Shown in pieces: positions 40,742 to 54,378 of a stretch of 64,000 nt of DNA. This DNA comes from Eledone cirrhosa (taxonomy: Eukaryota). The stretch spans positions 214,892,001 through 214,956,000 of the forward strand of contig OZ024743.1 of the NCBI GenBank assembly GCA_964016885.1, read 5' to 3'. Numbering within the stretch: position 1 is the first letter of the stretch; every line of letters starts with the position of its first letter. The position numbers and the translations under genes were made by a program. Below the pieces are notes generated by a model. That model ran no database searches. It was given only the letters and a program-made list of their open reading frames with translations, and was not told the DNA's origin.

Positions 40742-41014
40742 CTATACATAGATTAATGTTGACAGTATGAAAAATGTGAAAGGCAAAAAATTCCTCATAA
40801 TTACTGCAATAAGGAACGTCACATGAAGATCATACGAATTAATGGACCAACTTCTATTCGAAGAAATATATTGTGTCACACGCATGCACACCCGTGCGCA
40901 TGCATATATTTGAAATGTAGTATTCCTAATAGTAATGTATATAACGATAATCTGTCCGTAAAAATGATAGTTGAGTAAGTTGCGTAAACTAATCAGTAAA
41001 ATTAGCAGGTACAA
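40742..41014 (-). pseudogene. Decayed LRR segment
   Basis: LRNLLNYHFYGQ..IRNTTFQ..ISSNRSWSI..LPFTFFILSTLIYV keeps approximately LRR periodicity. Confidence 0.5.
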
Positions 41015-41252
41015 ATACAGAAATATGGATTTCAGGCTGCAAATATCTTCAACATTATCTTGCAGGATAAGTCATCCCAAATACATATGGATGATTTCAT
41101 ATTGGATTGTGTGGTTAAATTAAGCAGGAATATGTTGATAGGCATTCTAAACCACAAAGCATATTGATACGTCTTCGACCGTACAACCCTTGAGGTGCAT
41201 ACATACAGGACACAATATTATATACACGCAGACTTACGCAAACACTTTCACT

Positions 41253-41318
<66 letters not shown>

Positions 41319-41382
41319 TGTGCATGCATGGATTTATGTAAGTACGCATGAACGCATATATTTAAGAATATATGTATGTTTG

Positions 41383-41433
<51 letters not shown>

Positions 41434-41436
<3 letters not shown>

Positions 41437-41830
41437 TAAAGTCACCCGTATATCCCGGTGGATACGTACCAGAAACAACTGTAATAAATGTAAAATACGC
41501 GATATAGGAAGAACAACCATTGTTTTCATAATTTAAGCCTTAAAATACCTCTCCTACATGCTTTGAGTACATATAAACTCATTAAAACACACTTTTGTAT
41601 TCAAACATTAAAACACCCAGTAGCGATCGTATAGAAACTACCACCAACGATCGCGACACTACCAGCCACGTTAGCCGATTGGTAATAAACTGCACATCTC
41701 CCGACACTCTATGAAGGGTTTGTAGTAAGTTAGAGGAAAGTACACTCAGTAAAACAGTAATGAAATGAAAAATAAAAACATTTTTTTATATAGTTAAAGT
41801 CTTAAGGCCCTTTCACATTCAAACTTAATT
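41434..41830 (+). mobile_element. Tigger/pogo-like non-autonomous DNA transposon fragment
   Basis: TA|CAGTAAAGTCACCCGTATATCCCGGTGGATACGTACCAG resembles Tigger-type terminal repeats; the second terminus was not found. Confidence 0.5.
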
Positions 41831-42381
41831 AATAAGTTTACAATACAATAAATATTTAATCGTTGCAAAATTAATGATATGAGTTTATTTTCTGTAATGT
41901 ATTTTATTATAGTTATTTAAAAAAGCAAACTTAAAGAATAATTTGCCATTTTACCTTGAATATGACATATATTAAAACACATCGACCATTTGTTAGCAAC
42001 TAAACATGAGATATTTATATTAATACTATCTATATTTAGAAATATGTTAGTAATGTAGAAGACTTCAACAATATTTACTGAATATCAGTTTAATCAATTA
42101 TTTATTCAAATGAACATTGTTCAATACTTTTATTTTGAATCTTAAAATGAAATGATTTTGTATCAACTCTATACAATGTATAAATACAATATTTCACGTC
42201 ATGTTATATATCAAGCAAATATTTATTATCCATAGAACATCTAATAACATTGTATCAGCACAACAAACCATTTCGACATTGCTAGTTATAGAATAATACG
42301 GTCGTTTCAATTTTCACTTAGGTAACGCAAGATAAAATTAGTTAATTAGGATTTACATATATATTGAATAATTATATTATA

Positions 42382-43184
42382 TACTAGCAGTAAAGCCCGG
42401 CGTTGCTCGGGGTCGCTCAGTAGCTGTGTCAAAGTTACAATGTTAAGTTTCTTTTTTGGCTTAAAAACTGTAATGTCTACTGTGCAAACTTGCATGTGGT
42501 GTTTTTGATTAATATTCCCTCAACCAACAATATGCCTTATGAAGTTAAGAAAACATAACGATAACCCGAATGTTATAACAAAAGAGGATGCTGGGGATAA
42601 AAACTGCACTGGTTATTTATTAACAAAGATCGAAAATGTAAACACTGCAACGCAGATAAAAACATTAGCGTAACCAAATTATCAGTTATGTCTGTCTGCA
42701 CGCCTATATCACCTCTCTGCACGACTGTCTGTCTGCACGCCTGAAATATTTGCTTGTTTTACGTAGTCTTTAAATAGACTTGTTTTCAAGTAAAAATATT
42801 GTTTTAAAATGCTTTTAAATGGAAATGAAGCAAAACGGAAGCTTAGTGTTCGAACTGATGAATTTTGCTGGCTCGACAACTGTTCGTGTATTGTGTTAAT
42901 GTCATTTTAAACGCTGAGAAAGCCAGCGTTATTTTTTACGTAAGACGCTCAATGTAAACAGAACAAAGGGAAATGACTGATAACTTACGCTCAAAAATCG
43001 ATACATTATATACGATTTCGTCACATAGGGTGGGTCAATTTGAAATATTTTTTTTCCGATGACTTCGCTAGGGCTCAATGTACAAGTATAGCAATTTCGG
43101 TGCAATTCCGTCAGAGATTCTAAGAGGAGATGTGTGCCAAAAATCGATAGACAGACAGACAACCACAGTTTTATATATATAGAT
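42382..43184 (+). mobile_element. Helentron/HINE-like non-autonomous element
   Basis: 5' tactag..cccggcgttgctcggg hairpin, internal (GTCT) repeats, 3' (ACAG)n..ttttatatatatagat. Confidence 0.7.
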
Positions 43185-44491
43185 TATAATAATATTTGTG
43201 AATGATATGTTTGGCTGACTTTGTAGCTGCTGCCCCTCCGATAAGATTAACCATGAGTGTGTCAATATTCAATTCGAGTCTCTCTAGATTGATTCCTGTA
43301 TAAAGATAATAAACATGGAAGTAATTAGATACATCTCGATAACGATGAAGAACAGACATGCATATTATACGACGCAACGATGTCATATAAGCTAAATTTG
43401 ACGGAGTAGGAAAATGTTGCATCAAATGAGAGATAGATTAACTTACAGTTCTTTACTTTAAAAAAAAGCTAATACCGACATATGAATGGAAATTCTCCGT
43501 CCAAATATATATTGGCCAAATAAATTGTTTCTCATGACAAATATAATAATTGTTTCTACTTTAGGCACAAGGCCAGCAATTTTTCAGTACATTACTGGTA
43601 CTTTATTTCATCGACCCCGTAAGGATGAAAGGCAAAGTCAACCTCGGCGGGATTTGAACTCAGAATGATGGTTATCATTTGCATAAGATTATACTTTTTG
43701 AGAAATAATGCGTACTGGTTAATTAGTATATGTAAAATAAATAAAAAATAAACACGAAACATAATTGGAACAGAATGTAATATATTAAGTTCTGATAAAG
43801 TTATTAGAGGAAGGAGAAATTCTGAACACATCCAAACATTCTGTGAGAGATAGTTTGTTTACAAGTTGATATTATATTCATCTATATATATTTGTATATC
43901 ACATTGATATCAAATATAACCACTTAAAACTTTTTTTAAAAATTGTTTTACAAAATAATACATTACAACGATAAATAGTTGGAATGAAAGAAGATGAATC
44001 AATAATGTTCATACATAAAATTTCAATGATGAAAATGTATTGCAATACAGATGCAAAATACCTCCTATCTTTTATATTCACTTATATTAAAACTGTTGTA
44101 CATGTCGTTTAAAGAGTATTTCACGCTAGAATGAAGAACGTAAGAAAATATGTGCGAGGATAGTGTGAGCAGAGTTGGTATTATTGAAGTCTTTATGGAA
44201 AGTGGATGGTAAAATCGTGTGTATATGTGAGAGAGGGGAGATAGGGAAAGAAGAAGAGAGAAATAATGAAAGATAGAGAGAAAAAGAGAGAAATAATGAA
44301 AAACAGAGAGAAGAAGAGAGAAGGAAAGAGGCGAGAAAAAGGGAAAGAGAAGGGAGAAAGAGAGGGAGAACATTGAATAAGGAATTACATCTACGATAAA
44401 TATTGTTTAATCTCAAATTGCAAATGTGTAATATATTCCATTTTGGGAGTTTTTGCCATTTGTTAAATGTGTTAATTTTATATTGCTGCAT
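43185..44491 (-). pseudogene. Decayed LRR segments
   Basis: NTFNKWQKLPKWNILHICNLRLNNI, IIDSSSF..FKWLYL, NILHSVPIMF, LAYMTSLRRI..DVSNYF..NLERLEL. Confidence 0.5.
43545..43665 (-). mobile_element. Octopus-type SINE fragment
   Basis: Near copy of 37810-37922. Confidence 0.8.
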
Positions 44492-44647
44492 GGCTATATA
44501 TGCAATTAAGTACTTATATATAGATTATAATATTGATATCAGTTCTGAAGGTTGCATAAATCTATTCGTGTACATATGACATTTTTAATTCAGCTATATT
44601 TAACTTAAGTTTATTGTAGTTACGAGCGTTAAAATTGAATATATATA

Positions 44648-47152
44648 TAGAAGTGGTTACACAGCAGTTAGTTCGCCATACCGAGAACAATTGTTTCACC
44701 TTCGCGGATCTTCAGCTCGGGATGTGTATGGTTATAGGAACAGGAAGGATAACCGTACGAACGCGCATGCGCAGAAACTCGGTCACTTCACACAGGCAAT
44801 AGTAGACTGCGTGCGGGGGGTGTAAGGGAGATAACTGCGAAAGTCCGGAAAGTTTTTTGGTTGAAAATTAAATTTCAAAGAATTAAAAATAAAATTACTA
44901 AGAATCAGTCCGGAGCCTTGTAGTTATTCAATAGATGTTTGGTAACGTGTGGACAACGTGTGAACAATTCACTCCTCGTGTTTAGGCAATCACTATTGCG
45001 TAATCTCTTTAGGATAGTTATTCGTTCGTCAATACATAAGCTACACGTCGGATTTTCCCTTGCGTATGGCTTGGACTTAGTGATGGCTTTCCATTGAAAG
45101 GAGTACCCTATACTTGAGTCCTTGAGGGACTATACGGGGCTCGCGAGTTTCGTGGATGAACGTCTGTCCGGGTATCTGAAGGTAGACTGGTGGTTCAGGA
45201 AACGCTCCTTGAATCGGCCCTCCGCCATGGCCACATGGTTCGTTTGGTCGGTTGGAAGTGACCACACCTTCATAGATTACAGCTGGTGTGTTGCATTGTT
45301 GTTGAAGGAGGAAAGCTTAGGGCTTACGGCAAGAGCACCCTGGTGGGGTGTTGCTCCTAGGGCTGCTGGTGATGTGGGCCTTCATGTTCTTAGCGTAGGA
45401 GTATCCTAGTTTAACTTTGTGTCGGTTAAAGATGGAGCGGTATTTATGACCTATGGGGAAGTGTCTATCTAAGAGGGCTAGACATTTCTTTCCTACATTG
45501 GTTTTAACGTTGAGTGAGAAGGGAGGAGAGAACCAGATAGTTTGTCTATTGATGAGCTTACTTTTCTTAATGGTGTTGTTGCTAGTGGCACAGTAGGTGA
45601 TAGGTTGTGAGAAGCCGCTGTTAGCCAACGCTGTGTTATAGTAGGGTGCTGTCCTGTCAAATATAGCGTTATTAGAGGAGAGGTTTGAGATTCTAGTACT
45701 GATATTCTTAACGAAGTTTCTAAAACAGTGGGAGGCTGGCATGTGTCCTTGTGAATGTAATTAAGTTTCTCGTTTAGCTCATGGAAGGGTCTGTGTGTGT
45801 GTGTGCGAGGGTCTAAATTAATATCTAAGAAATCTACGCTAGAGAGGTTGGTGGCTACTGTTATCCTAAGCCCTAACTCATTGAAGGTAGAAGCTAAGTC
45901 TTTTCTAAACAGGTCGAGGTCATGACCACTTTTATGGCTCGATAAAGTCAGTGCATCGTCACGGTATATTCCCGTGTGGAAGTCCGGGAATCTAACACGT
46001 AATATGCCTAAGATAAAAAGGCCAACCAAGTCACATACGTCAGCACTGACAAACGATCCCATGGAGACATCGAACAGGTCTGAAGATGTAGATTTCCCTG
46101 TCTAAATGTAGATTTCCTTGTCTAAACCATCGACGGTGGTATAAGTGGTAGCGAAGTCCAACGGTTTGTTTAACAGGGTCTCTGAGATCGACGGGTAAAA
46201 TTCGACAATGTCAAACTGTGTGAACTTCGCTTTTTTGGAAGTTAAGGAGTTAAACCACTTAATTACGGAGTCGGTGTTCTCCCACTGGGGCAGGTTGGAC
46301 TTGGTCGTAATGGTCTTAACTATGTTTCTACGTATGGCCTTACAGACTAGTCCCATATCTGTGCGTGCCGGGTTTATTAGTCTACATGTGGGGTTAGAAG
46401 TAAAGTCTACCTTGTGATCTTTCAGGGTGAGGAACGCCTCCCGCTTAGCTAGAGATTGTAGCTTCTCATCTACCTTAAGGTCGGTGGCGAGTTCCTTGGC
46501 TTCTGTATTAATGTCGTGGTAGGCCATAGGGTTAGCTTTCTTATATTTAGAAGTAATAGCGTTATGGGCCAGGTGGCGGAAAGTGGTGTTGTCGACTTCG
46601 TAAATATTATTAGTTTTGTCGGAAAGGACGAAGGTGTTATTAGAAGACCTACATTTCTTAATATCGTTTCTGAGTTTCGTTTGAAAGGTGTTAGTGTGTT
46701 TGCGAAAGAAAATGTTAGCGACTAAGTCAAGAAGGTCCGTCTCGAAAGGAGCAAGTTCGGTTACCTTAGGAGGGTAGGCTCTCGATTTCAGGTTGAAGAT
46801 GTTGTTTGTGCCTGTAATTTTGCCGCCGAAAGCTAGGACTCGCCATCTTAAGCGTCTGACGATATCTTCCGCTTTTTGTAGGAGGAGCTTTTGGTAAACA
46901 TGTTTGGAGGGAGTTGGAATGTTCTTCAGGGAGTAATTCAGTTCGTATAAATCTATACTGACGTTGATAAGACGCAAAATTGTGTAGGACGCGAGGATAT
47001 ATAGAGCGCTCTCAGGGTAGTAAGCCAAACTCGCAGGTGGTGAAGAATCTGCTAAAAGCCAAACTTCTACGTAGTGAGGAATATCTGCTGACCGCTGCTG
47101 GAAACGTAGATAGTGGTGGAACACTGGAAGGTAATATCCGTAGTGGTAGAGC
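44648..47152 (-). mobile_element. Penelope-like retroelement family B (Naiad-like), near full length, frameshifted
   Basis: NYSLKNIPTPSK..RLRWR, QFDIVEFYPSI, MGSF, GIYRDD, IWFSPPFS.NVKTNVGK, GCSCRKP, GIY-YIG relic, 3' pLTR. Confidence 0.95.
44676..44731 (-). ncRNA. Minimal type I hammerhead ribozyme, canonical
   Basis: CCAUA-cacauc-CCGAG-CUGAAGA-UCCGCGAAGGU-GAAA-CAAUUGU-U-CUCGG-UAUGG; stem III is palindromic. Confidence 0.85.
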
Positions 47153-48740
47153 AAGGGAAACGCTCGTGAAAAGACCTCCAACTCGCGAGGCTCACACCTG
47201 CCGCTGGCTAGCTTAGCGCCTATGGTGGTGAGTAAAGAGGTAGCCCTGGGTCGGAGGACACCAGAAATCTCCACTGCCAGGGGTACGACTGCAAACATAT
47301 CGGAGAGCGACCGTTATGTGAGGATATTGGCCCCCTCAGCCCTACGTGCAGCAGAGCCTGGGTCAGTCGCAGACTGCACCAGGTTGCGGCTGCAGAAAGT
47401 GTCAGTGCAAGTGGCAACACAGACGAGGGGTTTGCCACCGTGACACGGAAAGATGGTCATTCCATCTGGCCTTTTGCCGTCCCCTCGATCCAGCCCCACC
47501 GGCTCAGGCTGGGAAGGGAATCCTGCAGCATCCAAGCCATGCTTAATGACCACGTTGAGGGCAGCATGGCGTGGAATGCGAAGGGCACTGTGGTGACAAA
47601 AAAGTGGGTGAAGGCCGAAAGAGTCCACGGTGGAACCGCAGCGACAAGGGTGTGGCTGGCAGATCCGGAGGCCGAGCCTCAGGGAAACGCCGATGCGCAG
47701 GCTATGGTTGTCTAGCTGCGTGCCAGTGGAGAAGGAGGGCAGGGCATGGAACCCAGCACCACTGTGGGGTTTGGAGGCCGCACGAAAACAAGCAAAGCGG
47801 TGCTGGTCTAGCTGGCGCGTGAGCCTGACTGAGGCCAGCCTGCACTGGGTGGCATCCCAAGTGCGTTGGGTGGACTTGACGTCAACAGGGGGAGAAGGAG
47901 GAGGGAATCTACTGGGCTAAGTCCCAGCCGGTCCCATGTCTCACAGGCGGCCTCACGTTCTCTGAACACAGAGGGTTCTGTTGTGTTTTGAAGAACCCTG
48001 CTGACGAGGACGCGGCAGGAGGTTACCGACGAAAGATACCCCGGCAAAGTTAGAGAGATCGGGGACAGGAGACCAAGGCCGCCATACCTGACAGGTAAAG
48101 TGGCCTGTTGCCCCCCTATGTCTTCAAACTTGACGGTTCATATCTCCTCGGATGCTGCTCAGATACAAGTGTCGAGGTCAGCGAGGAGAGATGTCTTGGC
48201 GTAGCACGGAGCGCTGCGGAGTGTATGGAGGAGCTTCGGCATGGCGAAGCAGTCACTCAGCAGAAAGAGAGCCGGGTCGCCGTCAATCATGCCCAGTCGG
48301 CTCGTGAGAGTCTGGAGTTGTTGAAGCCTGGACCTGATGGTGGAGCGGATGGCCGACGGGTGGATAGGTGACCCGAGGATGAGGACATCTTCTTTGGGTG
48401 TCACCTGAAACTGGCGGAGAATGGACCACACGTCCAAGACGGAGGCTGCAAAGCTCGCAGCATCGAGGCTGACATTCACCACCTCCGACTTGACCGAGTT
48501 GACCTGGAGGCCGATTCCCGCCAGGGCAGGAGTCACCGATTGAATGTCATGGTGTACCGTCCGTCCGGGCGCCCAACGTAGCATCATCCATATATCAAAC
48601 GTTGAGAGGGGCCGTGATACTCCAGGCGATGTGGTCAATACCAAGGGCGAACAAGAGGTGTCCCAAAGGGTCGCCCTAATGGACTCCAGTAGCCGAGGGT
48701 ATGACCGTATTAGCAGTAAGGAGCATGCTCGGGCTCCATA
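47153..48740 (-). mobile_element. CRE-like non-LTR retrotransposon fragment (RT plus restriction-like endonuclease)
   Basis: GVH*GDPLGHLLF, V*YMDD, RHAALN..EPVGLDRGDGKRPDGMT..ATCTDT, VPLAVEISGV. Confidence 0.8.
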
Positions 48741-48769
48741 AGGGTGGCAGTATTGTCAAGGTGTCAGAC

Positions 48770-48955
48770 AATATGCTTGGTGGCATATAGTTGCGTTCCT
48801 TTACGTTTTGAGTTCAAATATCGCTGAAGTTAGCTTTGCTTTTCAATCTTACGGGGTCGATAAAATAAAGTACCACTAACGCACTGGGGTCAATTTACTC
48901 AGGTTTTCCACTTACAAACACGTGTTGGGATTATGCCTAATTCAGAAACTAATAT
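48770..48955 (+). mobile_element. Octopus-type SINE
   Basis: ttttgagttcaaat..ctttgcttttca..ggggtcgataaaataaagtacca. Confidence 0.75.
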
Positions 48956-49962
48956 ATGTATCCTGCGATTTTCCGTTCTCTTTTGTACACGTTGAAAATC
49001 TTTCAATACATGTTCGACATTTCACAGCCAGTTTGTTTAATCAAATATGTGGGTACATGTATGAGAGCGATATGTGTGACGGCCGATATGTGTCTTAAAA
49101 TATGTGGATGTATATATGAGTGTTGTGTGTGTCAGTGCCTGAATATTCATATTACCACTCCATATATATAATGTATAATTTTGTATGTCTGTGGTTGTGT
49201 CTATCTGTGTATGCATATATGTGGATGTGTTACGATTACGTTTTAAAAATTGATTTTTAATACTTGGTAGTTGCTTATCATTAAAACAAAGTAATGCACA
49301 GAGTTTAATTGGCATTAACCACGAAGTATTATGTTGCATTTAATTAGCAAATTGCATCCCGATTATATAAACGATAATATTTTAACTGAACAATTTTCAA
49401 ACAGACAATGAACTGTTATAATGTATTATAAAAATCTAATTTTACACATTTCCTTATCAACAAGAAAAATGCCTGAAGGACAACAGCAAATGTAGTTTAT
49501 ATCCTGATATATCTATTATATAGGGCATAAACATATGAGACTCGTTCGTAAGTTGACATTGTATATAAATGTTGACCCCCCAACATATTTTGTACATGAA
49601 AAAGCTAGTTCATGTGGAAAGATTATACATCAGTATATAACTCAACGATCTAAAGTAGACCTACTAAAGTAAAAAAAAAAACAGGAATTATAACAACTAG
49701 AGATTTGTTAATTTATAATATCTCTCATGGATTAAACACACTTGATACAACACTAAATATTTACTGACTCAAAGACGAATGTGACGTCAATATAAAGCGT
49801 ACGTAAATGCAACGATACAGAATGAAATAGTTACATGACCCATTTTTACCTATAAACAATGTCGCAATTTGTTGTGATAAAAAAGCAGTCTAAAATGATC
49901 GTTAGGTTATAAAAAAATAACCTAAACCGTCCAACTTACATCTAAACAATATGTATGCAAAA

Positions 49963-50991
49963 CTATAAAATAATATTGAAATGGCGATCGCTATAGGAAA
50001 TATTCCACAAAATATATAATTCTCCACACATGTTAATAAAAATCAATAAATAAAAAATGATAATTAAAACAAGAGTTGTTTTACGCCCACGAAAATTGAA
50101 TATTCTGAATGGAATGCGATTTCCCGAGAGTGGTTCCATTATTTCCACGCTCATCAACCTAAGGGCATCACCATTTTTTGAGAAACTCAGGAGAAATTAA
50201 TTTATCATTTAACCTGCGAATAAAATTCGCCAAACTATGTTTAAACCAAGCCATTCTTTATTAATACCGAAAGGAATTAATGCATAATATAATACTATAC
50301 GAACTATATTTGAGAATTATGGAAGTGTGAAGATAAGCTATTCGTTATTTCATGTCAACCAGATATGAGTAGTGTGAGGGTAAAAAACAACAACAGTGAT
50401 GTCCTATCTAAATATAACAAGGGTAAATGAAACAACTGGGACATATCTAGAGAAAGTTGGCTGAGCATGCTATTAAACATCCCATATTCGTTTGATGCAA
50501 CGTTCGCGAGATCGGTGACAATATTTCAGTTCTTTTTTCGAAGATTTGAAAGATTGTTGATTTTGAATATATTAAAATATTCGTTGCTATCTTTTATAGC
50601 TTATTTCGAACAAGAAAATATATATTTTCAGTATGAAGTGGTTTATTTTTGTTGAATTCATTAATTCTTTAGTCGTTTTTTATATCTGAGAAAATGAATT
50701 CCGTGGGCAAAACTATAGCAGAGTTCATCTTTTCAAACATTTATCTTCTCTTCGTCTTGAAGAACTATTGAAGTCAATGTCTGCATCGCTCACAAATGTG
50801 GCATTTAAGTCATTCACATCAGTGAGGGTTTCACACATTTGAGCGAAATTCATTGTGGTGCGAATTATTTTATGAATCGGATTTCTTACAAGTGAAATAG
50901 AACAACGTGACTTACAGTTTAAAATTCCCGTGAAAGCAACATATGAAAAAGAAAGAGGAGAAATTAAACGTATTCCCTGCTTAAATATCAC
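49963..50991 (-). pseudogene. Decayed LRR segments
   Basis: GIRLISPLSFS..AFTGI..ISLVRNPIHKI; PLSGNRIP..FRG..WNISYS. Confidence 0.55.
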
Positions 50992-51017
50992 TCTCTCTCA
51001 CTATATATATTTATATA

Positions 51018-51270
51018 TCTGGACTTTTTCTATTCCAGAAATAGCCGCCGTAGCGGCTTGAGGTCTGCCGTCGGTGTCTTGAACTTTTTTCCTACTACCC
51101 AATCTACTACCCTAAGTATTGAGTACTCTAGTAGGTTATGGTCTATCGGTTGCAACGTCTTTCGAAATATACTCTTCTGCGTTCACAGATTGATTTTTTT
51201 AGTTTGAAAAGATCCTGGTAAGGGTGAAAGCAGCGATTTTTTGCTTACACTTTAATCTGTTATTTTTATT
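51018..51270 (+). mobile_element. Chimera of repeat family C and family A pLTR (decayed HHR)
   Basis: Family C sequence runs to about 51146, then cggttgcaa..cttctgcgtt..gtaagggtgaaagcagcg..ttaatctgtt matches 4370-4488. Confidence 0.75.
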
Positions 51271-51296
51271 TATTAATTTATTTATTAAAATAAATA

Positions 51297-51361
<65 letters not shown>

Positions 51362-51364
<3 letters not shown>

Positions 51365-52990
51365 TGATATTATATAAATGGAAACTATATTTATAAAACC
51401 ATATTTATTTATTATATATATTTCAAGGTACCAAAACTTTAGTACGCACACTTCAGATAAAACATAAACTTTGTTTTATAAATCTTGTCATAACCAGGAA
51501 TAGGGTCTTATTGGTTCAAGTTATTGCTGGATAGTAAAGGAAAGAAGGGAAAGTGAAGAAAAGTCAAATGTTTCAAATTAAGATGAGTATGCAAATGAGG
51601 TTGAGGTATAGGGTTGGAAAAAACGTTATTTTTAGACGCTAGGTAGATTTAAATAATTATTAGGATATATGTATGTGTATGGAAAAGAAAGAAAAAGAAA
51701 GAAAGAGGAGCTTGTATTTATGTTAATTCCAAAAGAAGTAACAGTTTGTAGGAATGGTGGAGTTTGATTACAGAATTTAACAAATTTAATTACCTATATT
51801 ATGAGATAAAATATTGTATATATAATCAATTAGATTATATGAAGATTTATGGTTGTAAGTACATGTTATCTTATTACATTAGAACAGGTTTTAAGTATAT
51901 AAATATATTAATAATTGTGCAAGTATAAGTATTATTGGTGATTTTATAGAAATAAAACGCCCGTATTAATTGTTTACATTTCTAAAATGAGTTACGGAGG
52001 ATTTTGATTTTACAATTTACATAAATATTTAAGAAAAATACGTAGTTCAAGTTGTAAGAGGAGAACAATTTGTAGATTCAAATATTGTGTTCCAAAATTG
52101 AAAATGTTTTCAAAATATTGTTAATTTAGCGAAGTTATATAGTTTATCATAGAAGTTATCAATTGTGTTTTTGCTCGGTTGTAAAGGAAAAGATAACTCA
52201 AACTTATTTGCTAACCATTAAATTTGATGAATGATTTACTCAGAAAGTATGTAGACAAAACTATATATTATTTTGTGTGAGATTACTTTTTCGAGGATGA
52301 GAATTTCAATTACATATTATTTATGTCGAAAGATGTGTGAAAAGTTTGAAGATTAAAAAGAGGAAAAAAGTATTATGCATTTCGAAGAATTATTGGAAAG
52401 ATGATATCTTTAAGAATGTCAATTAAAGATTATCAATCTTCATCTAAAAAACATTAATAAGAGTATCATTAGGAAAATAAAATTGTAAATATGCTAAATT
52501 TAAGAAGGAAGATCATTTATAAAAAAAATGTAAATTTTTAAAGGAATACACAGTAAATAATCGGATACTTTTTAAAGGTGTATAAGATATAGTCAGGTGT
52601 AATGAATATCATAGATAAAAATACTTCTGAAAGTGGAATTTTTGCGATGTCTGCAACTAGAACACATTTCTGTTTTTAAATTAATAGTGATTTGACACTT
52701 AGTTATATCATAAATTTCCTCTATACATAAAGTACAGATCTTGAGAAAGCCATATTTCGGTATGCATGTGCTTTAGAGATAGTTCCCCAAGATATTGAAT
52801 AGTCTATATTGTTGTACTTTAAATTCCAAATTAAATGTAAAAGTGAAGTGGACAATTTTTTTATCAGATCTATTACATGTATGTTTATAGCTGTACCAGC
52901 GTTCTTTGAATTTTGTAGAAGTGGCACCAATATAGTTAAATATTTTGTCTCTAGTTTTAACTGTTTTTGTCTAAGCAATTAAATATCCCT
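51362..52990 (-). mobile_element. PLE 3' fragment with long AT-rich 3' UTR and terminal HHR-like motif (51408-51461)
   Basis: STSLLHLIWNLKYNNIDYSISW..KAHAY; UUUAU-CUGAAGU..GUACUAAA/UUUGGUAC..GAAA-UAUAUAU-A-AUAAA. Confidence 0.75.
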
Positions 52991-53006
52991 TTTGCCTATA
53001 TATATA

Positions 53007-53472
53007 GAGTGGGAAATGAAATTTGATTTCATTCTTTTCCATTCATCGTTTTCAGTGCGCCCGGCCGACTAACTAACTCGACATGCAAATTAGGCTGCTC
53101 AGCCGTTAATATGCATAAAGAAAGTATATACTTTCAGACGTTCAATCATCTGACAGGAAGGTATACGATGCTGATGATAGCTAATAACCTTGAAACTAGT
53201 ACATCTTTCCTGCGTCAATGTTGAACAAAAAGGCGACGAAGGTTGCCAGAACACTGTACGGCGTAATTCGGGCTGTGTGTTTACAAACAAACCGAACGTT
53301 ATAATAAATGTTCGGTAAACCCATACGTACATATATATAAGTGTGCATGTATGTATATATATACATACTACTGTCCGTCTGTATACATATATGTATGTAC
53401 GTATACATACATACTTACATTTAAGTATCAGCCGTACTAAGAGTGAGAAATGAAATTTCGTTTCATTCTTTT

Positions 53473-53476
<4 letters not shown>
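53007..53476 (+). mobile_element. ORF-less 434-bp unit with 36-bp terminal direct repeat and internal hammerhead
   Basis: gagtgRgaaatgaaattt..tttcattcttttccat at 53007 and 53441; flanked by (TA)n. Confidence 0.75.
53151..53218 (+). ncRNA. Minimal type I hammerhead ribozyme, canonical core
   Basis: UGACAGGAAGG-uauac-GAUG-CUGAUGA-UAGCUAAUAACCUU-GAAA-CUAGU-A-CAUC-UUUCCUG-c-GUCA; predicted cleavage after A53201. Confidence 0.85.
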
Positions 53477-53535
<59 letters not shown>

Positions 53536-53559
53536 GTGCAATAGAATTTCGTAATATAC

Positions 53560-53977
53560 ACTCTACTTGGTAGAGCACCAAATCAGAAGAATGAAGTGTG
53601 TTATATGAAATATCTGATGACATAAGTCTAAATTTTCGGGAAATAAAGCAGGCCATTCCAAATTAAATGGCATTTAAAGGGAGTTAACTCATTGCATGTT
53701 TAAATCTGGACATATGGAACTATACAAATGATCAAGACATCGAATCCTTTTATGAAAAATTCATAGCCACAGTCAATAGTCCGTGGTTTAATATTATGGT
53801 AGCCACGAACCTCACTAGCGTAACATATCCAGATATGAACTTAGATCCACGCTCAAAGTCAGGCAGAAAACCTTCCAGAACTGAAATGATAAACATAAAT
53901 ACATCCACATAAATTCCAGTCACTGACACACACCTATAATCTGAAAAATAATCCTATATATTAACGAAAGTAGGAGG

Positions 53978-54031
<54 letters not shown>

Positions 54032-54290
54032 TGTATATATATATATATATATGGGTGTGCGTGTGTATGTCTGTGGGTGTCTATGAATGTATGTATGTGT
54101 GTATAGATAGTTATATAGAAGGAGAGAGCCGGAGAAATAGAGAGAGAGAGAGAATGGGTGAGAGAGGGAGAGGGTGAATCTCGAACGAAATAACATATAT
54201 GTAAACAGCTATTTTTCCTGTGATTTAGATTTTAGATATTTACTAATTAGATATTTACTAATTAGATATTTACTGGTTGGTCCATTGTTT

Positions 54291-54378
<88 letters not shown>

